This document shows positions 49,690 to 59,332 of a stretch of DNA of 64,000 nt, one piece after another. Source of the stretch: Wenzhouxiangellaceae bacterium (GTDB lineage: Bacteria; Pseudomonadota; Gammaproteobacteria; Xanthomonadales; Wenzhouxiangellaceae). The stretch spans positions 2,146 to 66,145 of the forward strand of contig REEQ01000042.1 in assembly GCA_007695005.1 (NCBI GenBank), read 5' to 3'. Below the pieces are notes generated by a model. That model was not told the DNA's origin and ran no database searches. It saw only the letters and a program-made list of their open reading frames with translations. Numbering within the stretch: position 1 is the first letter of the stretch; each line of letters opens with the position of its first letter. The position numbers and the translations under genes are program-made.

Positions 49690-50949
49690 TCAGGTCTTGA
49701 TCGCATTATCGCGCGCCGTGCGGATGAACTCGCGAACTTTCGGATAAACCTGGCTGCGCCAGCGCCTGCCGCTGAAAATCCCGTAATGACCGGCGCCCTC
49801 GACCTCGAGGTGATGACGCATGCTCTCAGGCAGGCCGGTACACAAGTCATGAGTTGCCCGAGTCTGGCCAAGGCCGGCGATATCGTCCAGCTCGCCCTCG
49901 ATGGTCAGCAGCCGAGTGCCTTTGATGGCCGCAGGTTCAACCCGCTGGTCGTTGATTTCCCACTGTCCCCGGGGCAGCAGATGGCGCTTGAACACGATTT
50001 CCACCGTATCCAGATAATACTCGGCAGGCATGTCCAGCACGGCATTGTATTCGTCGTAGAAGCGCCGATGAGATTCCGCGTCTTCCAGGTCACCCGCGAT
50101 CAGCTGCTTGTAGAAGTCCCAGTGCGAGGACACATGCCGGCGCGGGTTCATCGCCATGAATCCGGCATGCTGCATGAAACCGGGGTAGACGCGTCGTCCA
50201 ACACCGGGAAAGTGGCCGGGTACCGGGTGAATCAGATTGGCGCGGAACCAGCTCATCGACTTTTCCTCAGCCAGGTTGTTGACCCCGGTCGGGCTTTTTC
50301 TGGCGTCGACCGGGCCGCCCATCAGCACCAGGCTTTGCGGCGTGGCCTCACCGTTGCTGGCCATCAGCGAGACTGCGGCCAGCACGGGCACAACCGGCTG
50401 ACAGACGGCAATTACATGCACACTGTCGGTACCGATATGCTCCATGAAGCGGCGGATATAGGCGACATAGTCGGCCAGGTGAAAGGGGCCTGCCTCGGCC
50501 GGCACCATGCGGGCATCGATCCAGTCGGTGATATAGACCTTGTGGTCGGCCAGCAGGGTGCGGACGGTATCGCGCAGCAGCGTGGCATGATGGCCTGACA
50601 GGGGTGCTACCACCAGCACCGGCGGGTCATCGCGAAGGTCCGCGATCGTGGCAGGATCATCGGTGTAGCGCTTCATTCGCAAAAGCCGGCAGAATGGCAG
50701 GTTCATCGCTTCCAGCTCCACCACCGGCACTTCGTGGCCATGAGCCTGCACGCTGTGGATATCAAAGCGTGGCTTCTGGTAATCCTTGCCCAGCCGGTGC
50801 AGCAGCTCGTAGCCGGCTGCCACCCGTTCTGCTCCAGGCAGCCGCGCAAAGGCGCTTCCGGGCGCGGAAAACACGCGCGCACTGGCCTCGGCCCACAGGC
50901 TCAAGGGGCTGAGCAAGGAGCGCTGAAATTCATACATCTGGTAAAGCAT
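49690..50949 (-). CDS. phaZ: Intracellular polyhydroxyalkanoate depolymerase
   Basis: N-terminus MLYQMYEFQRSLLSPLSLWAE is typical of PhaZ. Start at 50949 after GGAGAA. Confidence 0.85.
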   Translation of the reverse strand: MLYQMYEFQRSLLSPLSLWAEASARVFSAPGSAFARLPGAERVAAGYELLHRLGKDYQKPRFDIHSVQAHGHEVPVVELEAMNLPFCRLLRMKRYTDDPATIADLRDDPPVLVVAPLSGHHATLLRDTVRTLLADHKVYITDWIDARMVPAEAGPFHLADYVAYIRRFMEHIGTDSVHVIAVCQPVVPVLAAVSLMASNGEATPQSLVLMGGPVDARKSPTGVNNLAEEKSMSWFRANLIHPVPGHFPGVGRRVYPGFMQHAGFMAMNPRRHVSSHWDFYKQLIAGDLEDAESHRRFYDEYNAVLDMPAEYYLDTVEIVFKRHLLPRGQWEINDQRVEPAAIKGTRLLTIEGELDDIAGLGQTRATHDLCTGLPESMRHHLEVEGAGHYGIFSGRRWRSQVYPKVREFIRTARDNAIKT

Positions 50950-51051
50950 TGGTTTCTCCGGCAGGGTTTGTGCAACGCACAAACCGGAGAGTACCAGAAT
51001 GTGTGTCAACGGGCCACTGGACCTTGGTGGGGTTCAGGTTTTCGGGCGGAT

Positions 51052-51096
51052 GTGGTGAGAGGAGAAGGGAAAAGGTGGAGACTGGCAAAGGGGCAG
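51052..51096. repeat. Polypurine box GTGGTGAGAGGAGAAGGGAAAAGGTGGAGACTGGCAAAGGGGCAGG
   Basis: Lies in the divergent phaZ / PLP-enzyme intergenic region. GGTGAGAGGAGAAGGGAAAAGG aligns closely with GGTGAGAGGGGAGAGGGAAGAGG of the dnaE2 copy. Confidence 0.65.
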
Positions 51097-51261
51097 GTCG
51101 TGAGCTGGCGGATGCCCCCCGATGCATCTCCACCGATCGAGCATTCGATGTTCGAGCAGGTGGAAAGCTCAGCCCAGGGCGCACCTCGCCAGCAGGCTCA
51201 TGCCGGCGCTTGTCATTTCTACACTGAGTTGTCATGATCGCGCTTTTTCCAGTGGAGGGAA

Positions 51262-52479
51262 ATGATGGCTGAAAATCGAGCGGGGGCCGGGTCGAAGAGT
51301 CATGCAGGGGCAGAAAAGGCTGATGCGGCGACCAAGGCGGTGTGGGCCGGGGAGCCCGCGCAGGTGCCGCATGGTGCCACAGTGATGCCGGTGTTCCACG
51401 GCGTGACCTATGCTTACGACGATCTTGACGAGTGGCGGGCTGTTGCGCTGGGCGAGCAGGCCGGGCATATCTACTCGCGTAACACCAATCCGGGCGTTGC
51501 CGTGTTCGAGGCCAAGCTGGCGGCGCTGGAAGGTGCCGAGGCGGCCACTTCATTCTCGACCGGTATGGCCGCGATCTCCAATATCCTGTTCACCTTTCTG
51601 TCGCCCGGCGACCGGGTGGTCTCGATCCGCGATACCTACGGTGGCACCAACAAATTGTTCATCGAGTTTCTGCCGCGCTTCGGTATCGAGGCCGTGCTGT
51701 GCGATACCGGCGACCATGAGGCCATCGAGGCCGAAGTGGCCAAAGGCTGTCGCATGTTGTACCTGGAAACGCCGACCAATCCCACCCTGAAGGTGCTGGA
51801 CATTGCCCGGCTGGGCAAGGCCGCCCGTGCAGCGGGCGCCATGGTCGTGGTCGACAATACCTTTGCCACGCCGATCAACCAGAACCCGCTGGCGCTGGGC
51901 GCCGACCTGGTCCTGCACAGCGCGACCAAGTTCCTCGGCGGCCACTCCGACGCCATGGGCGGCGTGGTCTGCGGACCATCGGTTCTGATTCAGCAGCTGT
52001 TTCACTTCCGCGAAATCAACGGCGCCTCGCTGGATGCCATGTCAGCATTTCTGCTGACCCGCGGGGTCAGAACCCTGGCTTTGCGGGTCGAGCGTCAGAA
52101 TCAGACGGCCCAGGCCGTGGCTGAATACCTGCAGGCGCATCCCAAGGTCGCCGCGGTCTACTATCCGGGTTTGCCCGAACATCCCGGCCATGAAATCGCC
52201 AGGGCGCAGATGAAAGGCTTTGGCGGCGTACTCAGCTTCGACCTGGCTGGCGGTTTCGACGCCATGGCTGCCATGCTCAAGCGCCTGAAACTGGCTCACA
52301 GAGCGGCCAGCCTGGGCTCGGTGGGGACACTGGCCGGACCGCCGGCCACGACCAGCCATGTCGAGCTCAGCGCCGAAGAACGTGCCCGGGCCGGCATTCC
52401 GGAAGGTCTGCTGCGCTACTCGGTGGGCATTGAAAGTGCCGACGATCTGATCGCCGATCTGGACCAGGCCCTGGCGTGA
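51262..52479 (+). CDS. Cys/Met-metabolism PLP-dependent enzyme (cystathionine gamma-synthase / lyase family)
   Basis: HSATKFLGGHSD (PLP lysine), YSRNTNP, LGSVGTL. GGAGGGA RBS at 51254-51260. Confidence 0.85.
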   Translation: MMAENRAGAGSKSHAGAEKADAATKAVWAGEPAQVPHGATVMPVFHGVTYAYDDLDEWRAVALGEQAGHIYSRNTNPGVAVFEAKLAALEGAEAATSFSTGMAAISNILFTFLSPGDRVVSIRDTYGGTNKLFIEFLPRFGIEAVLCDTGDHEAIEAEVAKGCRMLYLETPTNPTLKVLDIARLGKAARAAGAMVVVDNTFATPINQNPLALGADLVLHSATKFLGGHSDAMGGVVCGPSVLIQQLFHFREINGASLDAMSAFLLTRGVRTLALRVERQNQTAQAVAEYLQAHPKVAAVYYPGLPEHPGHEIARAQMKGFGGVLSFDLAGGFDAMAAMLKRLKLAHRAASLGSVGTLAGPPATTSHVELSAEERARAGIPEGLLRYSVGIESADDLIADLDQALA

Positions 52480-53735
52480 TTTCGCGTGCAGAACAGGCGG
52501 CGCTGGACCAGGTCGATATCGATGCCCTGATCATGACCCTGTCCGACCTGATCGCCTATGCCAGCGATCACGGCCGCGAGACGGCCATCCAGCACCATAT
52601 GGCGGGGTTGCTGGCCGGGATGGGCATGCGGACGGACGTGTGGGAAATCGACCTGGACAGCTTGCGCGAGCATCCGGCTTACGGCGCCGAGATCGAACGC
52701 GAACAGGCGTTGGGCGTGGTCGGTAGCTGGGGTGGCAGGCGCGGCAAGACGCTGATTCTGAACGGTCATGTTGACGTCGTGCCGCCTGGGGAGCCGGGGC
52801 GCTGGAGTGTGCCGCCGTTTCAGGCCACGGTTCGCGATGGCCGTGTCTACGGCCGCGGCGCGGTGGATATGAAAGGCGGCCTGTGCTGCGCGATTCATGC
52901 CGTGCGCGCGATCATGGATGCCGGCCTGGAGCTGGCCGGTGAGGTCATGATCCAGCCGGTGGTGGGTGAAGAGGATGGCGGTGCCGGCACTCTGGCCGCC
53001 GTGGTTCGCGGCCACCGCGCCGATGCGGCGATCGTGCTGGAGCCAACGGAAATGGCCATTGCACCGGCCCAGGGTGGGGCCCTGAGTTTCCGCATCACCG
53101 TGCCGGGTCTGGCCGCGCACGGGGCCTTGCGCACTGAAGGCGTGGACCCGATGGATTTTTTTGACCGTATCCATCGCAGGCTGCGCGCGCTGGAGCAGGC
53201 ACGTAACGAACGCCTGCGCCATCCACTGTTTGCCGACTATGCAGTGCCTTACGCGATCTGCGTCGGCAAGGTCCAGGCCGGTATCTGGGCATCGACGGTG
53301 GCGGAAACGCTGGTTCTGGAGGGCCGCTACGGCGTCGGCATCGATGAAGACCCTGACCAGGCGCGCGCCGAGCTGGACCAGGCCATAGCCGACCTGGCTG
53401 CGACCGACCCCTGGCTGAGCAAGCATCCGATGCGGGTCGAATGGTGGGGCGCGCGCTTCATGCCGGCCGCCATTCCGGTCGATGATCCCATCGTCACGGA
53501 GTTGAGCTCGGCCTGGCAGGCGGCCTGCGGGCAGCAGGCCATGATTCGCGGCATGCCCTATGGTGCCGACATGCATCTGCTGGTCAAGCAGGGCCAGACG
53601 CCCACCGTGTTGTTCGGGCCGGGCGACGTCCGGCTGGCTCACGCGCCCGACGAGTATGTGCCCATCCGGGAGCTCGAGGCAGTGACCCGCACCCTGGTTC
53701 TGACCATCCTCCGGTTCTGCGGTCTGAAGTCGTGA
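52476..53735 (+). CDS. M20-family metallo-deacylase (ArgE/DapE-like)
   Basis: LNGHVDVVPPG, GRGAVDMKGG and EEDGG motifs. 4-nt overlap with the upstream gene. Confidence 0.82.
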   Translation: MISRAEQAALDQVDIDALIMTLSDLIAYASDHGRETAIQHHMAGLLAGMGMRTDVWEIDLDSLREHPAYGAEIEREQALGVVGSWGGRRGKTLILNGHVDVVPPGEPGRWSVPPFQATVRDGRVYGRGAVDMKGGLCCAIHAVRAIMDAGLELAGEVMIQPVVGEEDGGAGTLAAVVRGHRADAAIVLEPTEMAIAPAQGGALSFRITVPGLAAHGALRTEGVDPMDFFDRIHRRLRALEQARNERLRHPLFADYAVPYAICVGKVQAGIWASTVAETLVLEGRYGVGIDEDPDQARAELDQAIADLAATDPWLSKHPMRVEWWGARFMPAAIPVDDPIVTELSSAWQAACGQQAMIRGMPYGADMHLLVKQGQTPTVLFGPGDVRLAHAPDEYVPIRELEAVTRTLVLTILRFCGLKS

Positions 53736-54862
53736 GTAAGGCTGGCCAATGGCTGGCCACGGGGGGCGAGGGCATTGACGCAATGGTTCAGGCGATCGAG
53801 CGTGCCCGGCGCAGCGTCCAGCTTCAGACCTACATCTTTCGCGACGACGAAACGGGAGCGCGGGTGCGCGATGCCTTGACGAATACCAGCAGGCGCGGCG
53901 TGCGAGTCAGGGTGCTGGTAGATGCGCTGGGCTCGTTTTCTTTGCCCGAGGGCTTTTTCCAGCCCTTGCTCGCCGCTGGTGGCCAGGTTCGGCAGTTCAA
54001 CCCGATCCACCTGTTTCGATTGTCATATCGCAACCACCGCAAAGCCTTGATCTGCGACCGGCAGCAGGCGGTGGTTGGTGGTTTCAATATCGGCGATGAA
54101 TATGCCGGCGACGGCGTTGACCACGGCTGGCGCGATCTCGGTCTCAAGCTAAGCGGACCGGTGGCCCAAGAGCTGGCCCTGGCTTTCGATCGAATGTTTG
54201 TTCTGGCCGGCAAGTCGACCCGCCGCTTCGCCCGTCTGCGTCCGTCGCGTGAGCGATTACAGGTCGGCAGCAATCGCTGCGCGCTGCTGCTGGGCGGGCC
54301 GGGCGTCGGCCGCAACCCGCTCAAGAAACGCCTGTATGCTGACCTGGCCAAGGCGGGGTCAATCCGCATCGTCAGCCCCTATTTTCTGCCGACCTGGCCG
54401 CTGCGCCGTCGCCTGATGAAGCTGGCCCGCGCCGGCGGACGAGTGCAGCTGATTCTGCCGGCAAAGAGCGATGTCGCCCTTGCCCAGCATGCTGCGCACG
54501 CGCTTTATGCGCGACTGTTGCGCGCCGGCGTGGAAATTCACGAATACCAGCCGCAGGTCCTGCACGCCAAGCTGGTCAGCACGGATCGCATGGTGATGGT
54601 TGGCTCGGCCAACTTCAACACCCGCAGCCTGCACATCGATTACGAGCTGATGCTGCGCCTGGCTGAGGCCGATCATGTTCAGTGGGCGCAGGACTACTGT
54701 GACGCCCTGCTTCATCACTGCCAGCGCATCGAACTTGATCGATGGCGCCGCTCACGCACGCTGCTTGACCGCCTGCGCCAGCGCTTCAGCTACTGGGTCA
54801 TGGCCCGGCTCGATCCCCTGCTTGCAGGCTGGCTCTGGCGCCGCCGCCATCTGGGAGGCTAA
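53732..54862 (+). CDS. Phospholipase D family protein (ClsB-like, no TM segment)
   Basis: Two HKD motifs, HRKALICD and HAKLVSTD...GSANFNTRS. GTG start overlaps the M20 stop by 4 nt. Confidence 0.82.
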   Translation: MSKAGQWLATGGEGIDAMVQAIERARRSVQLQTYIFRDDETGARVRDALTNTSRRGVRVRVLVDALGSFSLPEGFFQPLLAAGGQVRQFNPIHLFRLSYRNHRKALICDRQQAVVGGFNIGDEYAGDGVDHGWRDLGLKLSGPVAQELALAFDRMFVLAGKSTRRFARLRPSRERLQVGSNRCALLLGGPGVGRNPLKKRLYADLAKAGSIRIVSPYFLPTWPLRRRLMKLARAGGRVQLILPAKSDVALAQHAAHALYARLLRAGVEIHEYQPQVLHAKLVSTDRMVMVGSANFNTRSLHIDYELMLRLAEADHVQWAQDYCDALLHHCQRIELDRWRRSRTLLDRLRQRFSYWVMARLDPLLAGWLWRRRHLGG

Positions 54863-54882
54863 GCCCCCAAAGCGCGCTCTCG

Positions 54883-56175
54883 TTATCTCCCCTGCACGTT
54901 GGCGTTGCGCTGGCGATAGCGTTCATACAGGCGCAGGGTGCGGTCGCGGTGCAAATCATATTGTTCGCCATCGATCCAGACCTGCTGGATATGAGTCATC
55001 GGCTCCAGCGGGTCGCCGGTGGCGGCAAAAAGACTGGCGCGCTTGCCGGCCTCGATTGAGCCCAATTCATCGCCCACGCCAAGAATCTGGGCCGGCCACA
55101 ACGTAACGCTTTTCATCGCCGCATCAGCGGGCAAGCCATGGGCAATGGCACTGCCAGCCTGGAAGGGCAGGTTGCGTGCATTGGAGACATCCATGCCGCC
55201 GCCGGTGTCGGCGATGGCAAAGCGGACTCCGGCCTCATGCAATCGTTTTGGCGCGACAAAGGCCATGTCGTAAGGCTCCCAACGCCGGCTGGGCAGGGAG
55301 TAGACGTTGCGCAGGATCACGGGGATATCGTCACGCGCAAGCCGCTCGGCGATGTACTGCACGTCCGGGTTGGCATAGAGGATGATGTTCTCGAAGCCCT
55401 GGCCTTCGGCCCAGTCCAGCGCCTTTTCCATCACGTCATAACGGTTGGCGTGCAGAATCAGTGCCTGTTCACCCGCAAGCAGTGGGCCCAGGGCCTCGAG
55501 CTGATCATTGCGGGCCGGCATATGGGCATTGCCGTCGGCGGCAGCAGCGCGCGCTTGATGCCAGTGACGGGCCTGGTCAAGGACTTCTTCGATCAGCTTG
55601 AGATCTTCGTTGTCGTTATTGTCGACAGCACCGGCCGGGAAAGCGATATGCATGGCAGTCGGGGCAGAAATGACCATTTCTTCCCAGCTCCAGCCATCCA
55701 GCCCAATCACCGCCGAGGTGCCGCGTATCAGGCCGCCGCCTGGCACGATATGGGCCGACAGCACGCCGCCGGCGATGGTTGTGGGTAGCAGTTCGGAGTC
55801 GTGGTTGACGGCGACTTCGACCCGGATGGCGGCATTGATGGAACCCATCTCTGTCGTGTCGACGGTGCCCGCCACGCTGCTGATTTCGGTCAGCCCCAGC
55901 TGGGTGGCCGCGTGAACAAAGCCAGGGTACAGGTGCAGACCGTCAAGCGCGACGCGTCGGCTTCCTTCCGGGATGGAGATGTCGCTCCCCACGGCTTCGA
56001 TGCGGCCATTGCGGATCAGGACGATACCGTTCTCGATCGGGTCGCTGCTGACCGGATGTACGGTTGCGCCGACCAGGGCGGTGACTTCAGCCCAGGCAGT
56101 CGGTGCCAGCAGGGCCAGGCCAAGCAGGCTTGCAGTGAAAGTCTTAGTGATCATGGAAAATGCAGAATTCGTCAT
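54883..56175 (-). CDS. Exported amidohydrolase-superfamily paralog lacking the HxH motif
   Basis: Signal peptide. Amidohydrolase-like layout, but the strand-1 motif reads PGFVHAATQ instead of PGxIDxHxH. Confidence 0.8.
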   Translation of the reverse strand: MTNSAFSMITKTFTASLLGLALLAPTAWAEVTALVGATVHPVSSDPIENGIVLIRNGRIEAVGSDISIPEGSRRVALDGLHLYPGFVHAATQLGLTEISSVAGTVDTTEMGSINAAIRVEVAVNHDSELLPTTIAGGVLSAHIVPGGGLIRGTSAVIGLDGWSWEEMVISAPTAMHIAFPAGAVDNNDNEDLKLIEEVLDQARHWHQARAAAADGNAHMPARNDQLEALGPLLAGEQALILHANRYDVMEKALDWAEGQGFENIILYANPDVQYIAERLARDDIPVILRNVYSLPSRRWEPYDMAFVAPKRLHEAGVRFAIADTGGGMDVSNARNLPFQAGSAIAHGLPADAAMKSVTLWPAQILGVGDELGSIEAGKRASLFAATGDPLEPMTHIQQVWIDGEQYDLHRDRTLRLYERYRQRNANVQGR

Positions 56176-57634
56176 GGTCCAGTTCCGATGGGCGATATCC
56201 GGTCAGGTGAGCGGCAAAGCTGTGAACAACGCGACGACGTTCGGGCGAGTCGGAGCCGTCCGCGTTGCCGTTACCGTTGCTGTTGTCGTCGCTGGCCAGA
56301 GCCAGGGCAATCAGCTCGCTGCGTTCCTGCTCCAGGCGTTCACGCATGCGCTGATCGGCCTCGCGGTCAAAGAAGCGGCGGCCGTCCACCCAGGTCTGTT
56401 CGACCAGTGAGCGGGTCGATAGCGGATGCCCGTTCCAGATCACGAAATCCGCATCCAGCCCCTCAGCCAGGCTGCCCGTGCGGTGGTCAATCCCAAGCTG
56501 GGCCGCCGGCCAGGCGGTGATCATCTTCAGGGCATCATGCGGATCCACACCGCCATAGCGTACGGCCTTGGCAGCATCCAGGTTCATCCGCCGGGCCAGC
56601 TCCGGATTGTCTGAGTGCAGGCCGGTAAGAACGCCGGCCTCGTGCATCAGGGCAGGGTTGTAGCCGGTCGCGTCAATGGCTTCGTACTTGAACATCCACC
56701 AGTCGATGAAAGTCGAGCCGCCGACGCCGTGGGCGGCCATTTGCGGCGCGATCTTGAAGCCTTCGAGCACGTGCTGAAAGGTCTTGATGGTGAATTCGAA
56801 CTGCTCGGCCAGACGCATCAAGGCGAGCATCTCATCGGCCCGATAGGCGTGCGAATGAACATCGCGTTCGCCGTGGATCACTTCAGCGATCGCAGCCAGC
56901 TCGTGATTGGGGCGGGGCGGCACCCGGTCACGCCCGGCCCGGCCGCTCGGGTGCTCCTCGTGGGCACGACGATAGTCAGCTGCCTGCTGGAACCGTTCCC
57001 GAATGATCTGCTCTACACCATGCCGGGTCTGCGGGTAGCGAGGTTCAGCCGCCTGCCAGTTGCTCTGCTTTGGGTTTTCGCCGAGGGCGAACTTGATGCC
57101 TTCAGGCGCATCGGCAAACACCAGTTCCGCCGGGCTCGCGCCCCAACGCATCTTGATCACCGACATCTGGCCGCCAATGGCATTGGCCGAGCCGTGCAGC
57201 AGATTGATGGCGGTAACGCCGCCGGCAAGCTGACGGTAGATATTGATCGACTCCGAATCGATGACATCGCGAATGCGCACATCGGCGGTGCTGATCCGTG
57301 ATGCTTCGTTGACGCCGCCGATGATTGCGGCATGCGAGTGGGCGTCGATGATGCCCGGCGTGATGTGGTGCCCGTCGCCATCAATTTCGATTGCGCCGCG
57401 CGGTACCGTCAGGTTCTGTCCGATCGCGCCGATGCGACCATTGCGAACCAGCAGGTCTGCGTTTTCGAGGACACCCGCATCGGTGCCGGTCCAGATTGTT
57501 GCATTGCGGACGACGACTGCCGCCGGCTGCTCGGGCATGGGGCTATTCCATGCTTCGATGTCCGGAGTCCAGTCAGCATGAGCTGCGACGCTGGTCAGCG
57601 CGGCCACGCTCAAGGAAAAAATCAGGTGGCGCAT
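56144..57634 (-). CDS. Exported amidohydrolase with an intact metal-binding motif
   Basis: Signal peptide MRHLIFSLSVAALTSVAAHA. PGIIDAHSHAA (HxH), HAYRADE, GLHSDNP. Confidence 0.85.
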   Translation of the reverse strand: MRHLIFSLSVAALTSVAAHADWTPDIEAWNSPMPEQPAAVVVRNATIWTGTDAGVLENADLLVRNGRIGAIGQNLTVPRGAIEIDGDGHHITPGIIDAHSHAAIIGGVNEASRISTADVRIRDVIDSESINIYRQLAGGVTAINLLHGSANAIGGQMSVIKMRWGASPAELVFADAPEGIKFALGENPKQSNWQAAEPRYPQTRHGVEQIIRERFQQAADYRRAHEEHPSGRAGRDRVPPRPNHELAAIAEVIHGERDVHSHAYRADEMLALMRLAEQFEFTIKTFQHVLEGFKIAPQMAAHGVGGSTFIDWWMFKYEAIDATGYNPALMHEAGVLTGLHSDNPELARRMNLDAAKAVRYGGVDPHDALKMITAWPAAQLGIDHRTGSLAEGLDADFVIWNGHPLSTRSLVEQTWVDGRRFFDREADQRMRERLEQERSELIALALASDDNSNGNGNADGSDSPERRRVVHSFAAHLTGYRPSELDHDEFCIFHDH

Positions 57635-59241
57635 TACAGCTTCTCCTCTTCGTCGGGCCCGCCAGTTCTGCGACCCCGAATGGTGAATTCGCCGAATGGG
57701 CCGCTGCCTGTTCCGCGGGCGCGGTCGCCATCGATATCGAGGCGAATCGAGATATTGCCGGAGCCGCCAAAACGGCTGGCATCGATGCTGGCGATCAGGC
57801 GCTCTCCACTGACCCGGGCTTCGGATAGCGGGGTTTCATTGCCCATCACGGTCAGACTGCCCTCCATCCGACTCGGTGGGCCGCTGAGCACCAGCTGCGC
57901 CTCGACATCGCCCATTGCCCCCAGGCCAAGAGTCAGCGCCCAGGTGCCCGCGGGATCCACGGCCGGCGGGACCAGGGCGGCGAGCACATGGCGCTGGCCG
58001 TCCACCCAGACTTCCGTGATCGATGGAGATTCGGTCAGCAGCTCACCCTCGACCAGCACCAGGTTGGCCATTGCGCCGGAACGGATCCGGCCAGCGCGGT
58101 CGCCAAGGCCCAGCCAGGCGGCAGGTTCGGTGGTCAGGCCGGCCAAGGCAATATCGGGATCGAGACCGCGCTCAATCGCCTTGGCCAGGCGCTCGAATAC
58201 CTGACCGGGCTGCGACTGCCCGTGGGTGGTGAACATCAGCCTGACGCCGGCTTCATGCAGGGCAACGGGATTGTCCGGGGCACGATGCCAGTGCCGCAGC
58301 TGCTCCAGGCTGACATTGCGGTCGTTTTCGTCCCGGATGTCGGGTGCGTCGGGGAAATTCAGCGGCAGGATATGGCGTACGGGTCGGGCCGCCAAGGCCT
58401 CGATGCGGCGGTATTCCTCGCCATGGCCAACCAGCACCAGATCAACGGTGCCAGCCTCGATGAATTCGAAAATTCGAAGGGTATCAAGCAGATCCTGAGA
58501 GCTGAACACCAGCGGCGTGCGACCATCCAGCGCTGGCGCGAGATCATCCAGGCCCTCCAGCCACTGCGGGCGGGTCTGAGCCGGATTGCGCTGCCAGGCG
58601 GCACGGGCTTCTGCCTGCCAGCGCGCGTCGGCAAAGGACTGGCGCATCAATGCGACCGCGCCCATCAGCGAGTTGGGGAAAGCCCGGCCGGAGGCACGGC
58701 CCTCGAAGCTGGCAAACTGTCCAAACTGCTGGCGGACAAGGTTGCTGCTGAGGCCGCCCTCGCCCAGGTTTGCAACCAGACCATGGCCACGGAGCAGGCC
58801 CTTGTCGGCGGAGATGAGAGCGGTCGTGAATCCGGCGCGTCTGAGTTCGGCGGCGCGGTCTGCCGGCCAGTGGCCCGCATGCAGGCGCCGATCAGGCTGG
58901 ATCAGTTCATGGCGGCCAGGCGGGATTTCGGCATTGTCGTCACCCTCCAGCTCGATCGTCAGGTAGGGTTCGATCAGGCCAGGGTAGACCGTGATCGGCT
59001 CCTGGCCCTCGTCGCGCTCGAAACGGTGAATCCGTGCGTCAGCCGGAGGCGTGGTGTTGGCGCCAACCGCTTCGATGATGCCGTTGCGAATGACGATGGT
59101 GCCGCCTTCGATGACCTGTCCGGGTGCGGTCACGATCCGCACATCGACCAGGGCATGGACACCGGGGACGGGCTGGCGCAGGTCTGACGCCAGGGCCGGC
59201 GTCAGCGTGAAGGCCAGAAAAATGGCGATGAATGCTCGCAA
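57634..59241 (-). CDS. Exported amidohydrolase-superfamily paralog lacking the HxH motif, with a ~110-aa C-terminal extension
   Basis: The motif position reads PGLIEPYLT. Preferred TTG start at 59241, 6 nt after AAGGGGAGAG, gives the signal peptide MRAFIAIFLAFTLTPALA. The ORF-track start at 59310 is also a TTG. The TAA stop overlaps the next ATG (TAATG). Confidence 0.78.
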   Translation of the reverse strand: MRAFIAIFLAFTLTPALASDLRQPVPGVHALVDVRIVTAPGQVIEGGTIVIRNGIIEAVGANTTPPADARIHRFERDEGQEPITVYPGLIEPYLTIELEGDDNAEIPPGRHELIQPDRRLHAGHWPADRAAELRRAGFTTALISADKGLLRGHGLVANLGEGGLSSNLVRQQFGQFASFEGRASGRAFPNSLMGAVALMRQSFADARWQAEARAAWQRNPAQTRPQWLEGLDDLAPALDGRTPLVFSSQDLLDTLRIFEFIEAGTVDLVLVGHGEEYRRIEALAARPVRHILPLNFPDAPDIRDENDRNVSLEQLRHWHRAPDNPVALHEAGVRLMFTTHGQSQPGQVFERLAKAIERGLDPDIALAGLTTEPAAWLGLGDRAGRIRSGAMANLVLVEGELLTESPSITEVWVDGQRHVLAALVPPAVDPAGTWALTLGLGAMGDVEAQLVLSGPPSRMEGSLTVMGNETPLSEARVSGERLIASIDASRFGGSGNISIRLDIDGDRARGTGSGPFGEFTIRGRRTGGPDEEEKL

Positions 59242-59332
59242 GGATGCTCTCCCCTTGACTAAATCCAGCCGTGGAGAGTACCGCGTTTGTGTCAATGCTG
59301 CATAGGCCAAAAGTCACCCCGGCCCGGGTCTG

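Noticed and set aside
49411-50598. 395-aa plus-strand ORF
   Set aside because: It runs antisense to the well-supported phaZ gene and the small membrane protein gene. Its composition is Arg/Ala/Gly/His-rich, as expected for a high-GC shadow frame.
51160-51235. Possible SAH/SAM-type riboswitch upstream of the Cys/Met PLP-enzyme gene (CAGGCUCA...GGCGCU resembles part of the SAH element)
   Set aside because: I could not build the required P1 helix or the GAGGAGCGCUGC 5' half. The similarity is limited to two short words. An Infernal/Rfam scan would be needed to revive it.
52416-53783. 455-aa minus-strand ORF
   Set aside because: It runs antisense to the M20 deacylase gene, which has clear family motifs. 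No recognisable domain is present.
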